Assembly: GCA_010405405.1 (NCBI GenBank)
Contig: MU004235.1
Location: 1,564,538-1,628,537, forward strand
Reading direction: 5' to 3'
From: Microthyrium microscopicum
Lineage: Eukaryota
Length of the DNA stretch: 64,000 nt
The notes beneath the pieces are model-generated. The model did not search any database. It had not been told where the DNA came from and saw only the letters and a list, made by a program, of their open reading frames with translations. Positions 60,744 through 64,000 of the stretch are shown here, piece after piece. Position 1 is the first letter of the stretch. Each line of letters starts with the position of its first letter. A program made the position numbers and the translations under genes.

Positions 60744-61620
60744 TGGGTTGGTGTCATAGGCGGAAGCATGCTCGAAACTAGGATTAAGCGATGAGCAGGA
60801 ACGAGAAGATCAGGCTACTGGATCATTTGGTACATGTCTTACAGACGTTAAGTACATGATAATGGGAGCAAAAATCCAAAAAATCCATGCTTGTCATAAA
60901 AATATACCTAGTATCACAGTGAAGAAGCATAATCTCTACAGACGTCTCACATATGCGGCGTTATTGTCCCACATCTCACCATGATAGCGACCTTAGTGTG
61001 CAAGGTCTGAACGTGGAGACATGATAAGCACATAATCTCGTACATTGATCTCACCGACTTCATTGTGTAAGGCTGAGAATTTTCCATAATACTTGTGTAA
61101 TGTGTTTAAACTGGTCAGTGACACCGTTGAACTAACATAGAACTTCGCATCAGACCCTGCATATTTAATGGATAGTAAAGTCGCACGCTTGTTTTTAGTA
61201 CTACGGAAGTATACCATGCGCATAATCGAAGCATAATAGCGATCTAGGGATTGGGTAGAGCATGAGTAGGGGAAGGGCGACTAAACGGCGAGTTAAGCGG
61301 TGTGATCGTCTTCAACTGAGTACACCAGCGAGAAGCTATCCCGTAAGGACGTGGATGATATAGGAAAGGCGTCGTACACCAAGTCGGGACTTCTTGATAT
61401 GATTAAGGTATTGTCCAGTATCACTATTCAATATCTATATTACTCAAATTAGAATTCAGAAACGGATCCCGCGGGATTTTATGATCAACAGAGGATATAG
61501 ATGTAATGACATAATACAGCGCAATCATATCAAAACTTGAGAAAACCAGAACATTGCACAATACAGTATACTTCGGATCAGATTGGATCAAGAAAACTAT
61601 CCTACGCGACATGATCGTCG

Positions 61621-62058
61621 CTACTTGCCCCAGTCTAAAGCTCTACCTTTACCTTTCTCCATCGGATCACACTGTACTTCCGGTCCCTTCACTGAAAGAT
61701 CCTGCGGTCCTCTAACGTGCAGAACACGCTGAACATCAGCATCATACTCAACATCTACTGGAGAATGGTTCACCGCTGGAGCAACTCGAGGACGAGTCTG
61801 ACTTGGACCAGCTACACACCATGACCCGCGAATCGAATAATCAAGTCCGGAGTGAACGTGAGCTAGCTTGCGAGGGACTTTGAGGTTATTGACGGGGTAT
61901 CTAGTAGGAGGACGGTGAGCACATTTCGTTCTGCGCGGGTAAGCCTTCACAGCAGTGCTCTTCGCGGTAGAAGATTTCTTGGGGGTGAATATCTTCTTGA
62001 AGTAATTCTTGACTCGCTGGAATCGACTTACCTTCTCTAGTTGCTCAGCTCGTGACAT
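61621..62058 (-). CDS. Small basic hypothetical protein
   Basis: 145-aa ATG ORF in good context (CAAAAATG). No recognisable motif. Confidence 0.45.
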   Translation of the reverse strand: MSRAEQLEKVSRFQRVKNYFKKIFTPKKSSTAKSTAVKAYPRRTKCAHRPPTRYPVNNLKVPRKLAHVHSGLDYSIRGSWCVAGPSQTRPRVAPAVNHSPVDVEYDADVQRVLHVRGPQDLSVKGPEVQCDPMEKGKGRALDWGK

Positions 62059-62675
62059 TTTTGGGACAGAGAATGAGGTGCTAAGAGGTACGGCTTTGCG
62101 TAGTGGCCGTGGGGAATAGCTTGGCTCAATTGAGATTCTTGCTTCTTGTTTGTAGCTGTGCTAATTTGTGGCTACGGCTTAGTGGTGAGTGGTATTCCTG
62201 AGGAAGTTTGGTCATATGGATATCCAATGGATTTGACCGAGAGCATACAAAAGTCTTATTTACAATCGACCTACCAGAACAAATGCTCCTCTAGTGGGTT
62301 ACAAGGATGTCATAACAAAGCGATTGCAGAATAGGTCTTTGTTGGCTGTATACATATCCATTGTTCTATCGTGATATTCTTTGTCCGTAATTACTTCATC
62401 CTTAGATTTCCAGTAGACAATGGCATTGTGCAGCATGGCTGTGCCATCATCGAGGTTTGGTCTGATGGGTGATCAGCTATGTTGCATTAGCCATCGACGA
62501 CTCGAGACACTGTAAGAGTCCTTTGGTGAGGTACCTTTAAACGATATTTAGCAGCGAGCATTCATATCCGACACCTTCTTGATTTCTTGATTATTGTACA
62601 CGAATAGTGATATCCAATATTTTCATGAACGCTGATGCTCTCGCTATGCAAATACACTACTCTCCCTAATCAGAT

Positions 62676-63930
62676 TCAGTCGCTTTTCAGGCCCAGGAAG
62701 TCAAAGAACATGTAGTAATCCAGACATGCCCAGAACTTCCAGTACATGCTTGCCCTATCCCAATCGAAGCTGCCATCGTCTTTTCGGGGAAGTTCACTGC
62801 CTATCATGTCTTGACTTGGTCCACCTAGGAAGAAGCCGATGATCGGCCATGAACCGAATGTTTGTTGCCAGCGGGAGTTGGTTGGGAGGAGAGCCAGTTC
62901 GGCGGGCTGGAGAACGGCGCGTGACGCACCACGGAGAAGAACTGCACGAGGACGTTCGGTAGCGGGCGTCGAAGTTGAAGGCGCCTGGAAACTAGTGCTC
63001 TGACCTAGCGGACTTGGATTTGTAGGTTGATTCCCCGGTGTGAGCCCTTGAGCCGTCGCTGAAGAGGAGAATGTCGCGGTCGCAGAGGAATTGCTGGAAT
63101 TACCAGGCTGTATGGTTGAGCTTGTGCTCTGCGAGGGTGAAGCAGTGAGACTTGCTATCCGATCTGCAGTTGCAGGTATCGCTTCGTCCCGATTAGGGCC
63201 TTCGCCTCGATACCGCTCAGCATAAATGATATGGCCGTGGAGTTGATGTGGTGAACGGTAGCACGCACGGTCTGCAGATTCCGTTGAGTTAAACGTAACC
63301 TTGATCCAGTGCTCGCCGCCGTGATATGCATTGACTTTTGGAAGAGCGGCAGGCGGTATGGGTCCGCGCCGGCTTGTTGTGTTGCGGCTGAGGGTCATGT
63401 CGAATTTGGTGTTGGAGGGATACCGTTCGTAGTCTTCGTATATTACACCAGCAGAAACTCGCTCGTAGAACTCGATGGCTGCGAATTGGTAGATTTCTGG
63501 AAAGCCGTATAGAATGACTTCGGTTGGTACTCCTGCGGGTATATCGGTAACATTTTGCGAGGATTGGTCTTGGTTTATTCTAGTACTCGGTGTATTCTTT
63601 TTTGCGCGCGAAAATATGTCGTCGATGGCTTTCCAGTTTTCTACATTGTCTTGGTCTTGTCTTGCGGGAGTTTGTGTTCTCGTTGTTCTTGATGCGCCAC
63701 GGCGGGTTGTAGGACGGCCGAAAGGGCCTCGTTCTTCGGGAGCGCGTCGACTGTTTTTGTCCGCACTAATAGAATTGTTAGTGGTTGACAATGAATATTA
63801 AGTAGGCTACATACTCTGCATATTCGTAGCCCCAGGGAAGCTTTTGATTTGGGTTTGCTGGATCGGTTGCTCGTTCGCTTTCTGGCACGGCGTGGACTTG
63901 CATGCCCCCTCCGCGACGCGGTATATTCAT
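62676..63930 (-). CDS. Nup53/Nup40-like nucleoporin with RRM-like domain (one intron; start 63930 or 63903)
   Basis: EVILYGFP...AAIEFYE...G.IYEDY and GGEHWIKVTF.S.E.A.RA...SPH.L.G..IYAE.YRG. First exon ...KLPWGYEYA followed by a GT donor. Confidence 0.72.
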
Positions 63931-64000
63931 GATGAAGTGATGACGGGAGTTTAGAAGCTGCCGATGGTGAGATGAGAGAAAGCTCAAGTGTTGAAAGTAC

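Overview
Genomic window from a filamentous ascomycete (Pezizomycotina-type GT-AG introns with CTRAY branch points; one region bears RIP damage). The most notable element is a candidate fungal RiPP (dikaritin-type) locus at ~4.3-11.5 kb. It has three parts. (1) A five-exon gene missed by the ORF track (10684-11454, +) encodes a 184-aa secreted precursor: signal peptide, Ala/Pro propeptide, then two KR-separated modules carrying 11 RDGGRDGH repeats plus Tyr variants. (2) A divergently transcribed UstYa/DUF3328 oxidase has two HxxHC motifs and a Met/His-rich tail. (3) A DHA1 MFS exporter lies next to the oxidase. The AT-rich block at ~33.1-36.3 kb is a RIP-mutated PIF/Harbinger transposon whose DDE motifs can still be read. 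Conserved genes include MCM1, tetraspanin PLS1, VPS18/PEP3, POS5-type NADH kinase and a Nup53-like nucleoporin. Accessory genes include a HET-domain protein, several F-box-like proteins (one with a partial tandem duplicate), a frameshifted cupin, a PAN/apple-like Ser/Thr-rich secreted protein, a KDEL-ending esterase-like protein that appears to lack its catalytic Ser, and two methyltransferases. All family assignments come from manual motif recognition; no database searches were run.
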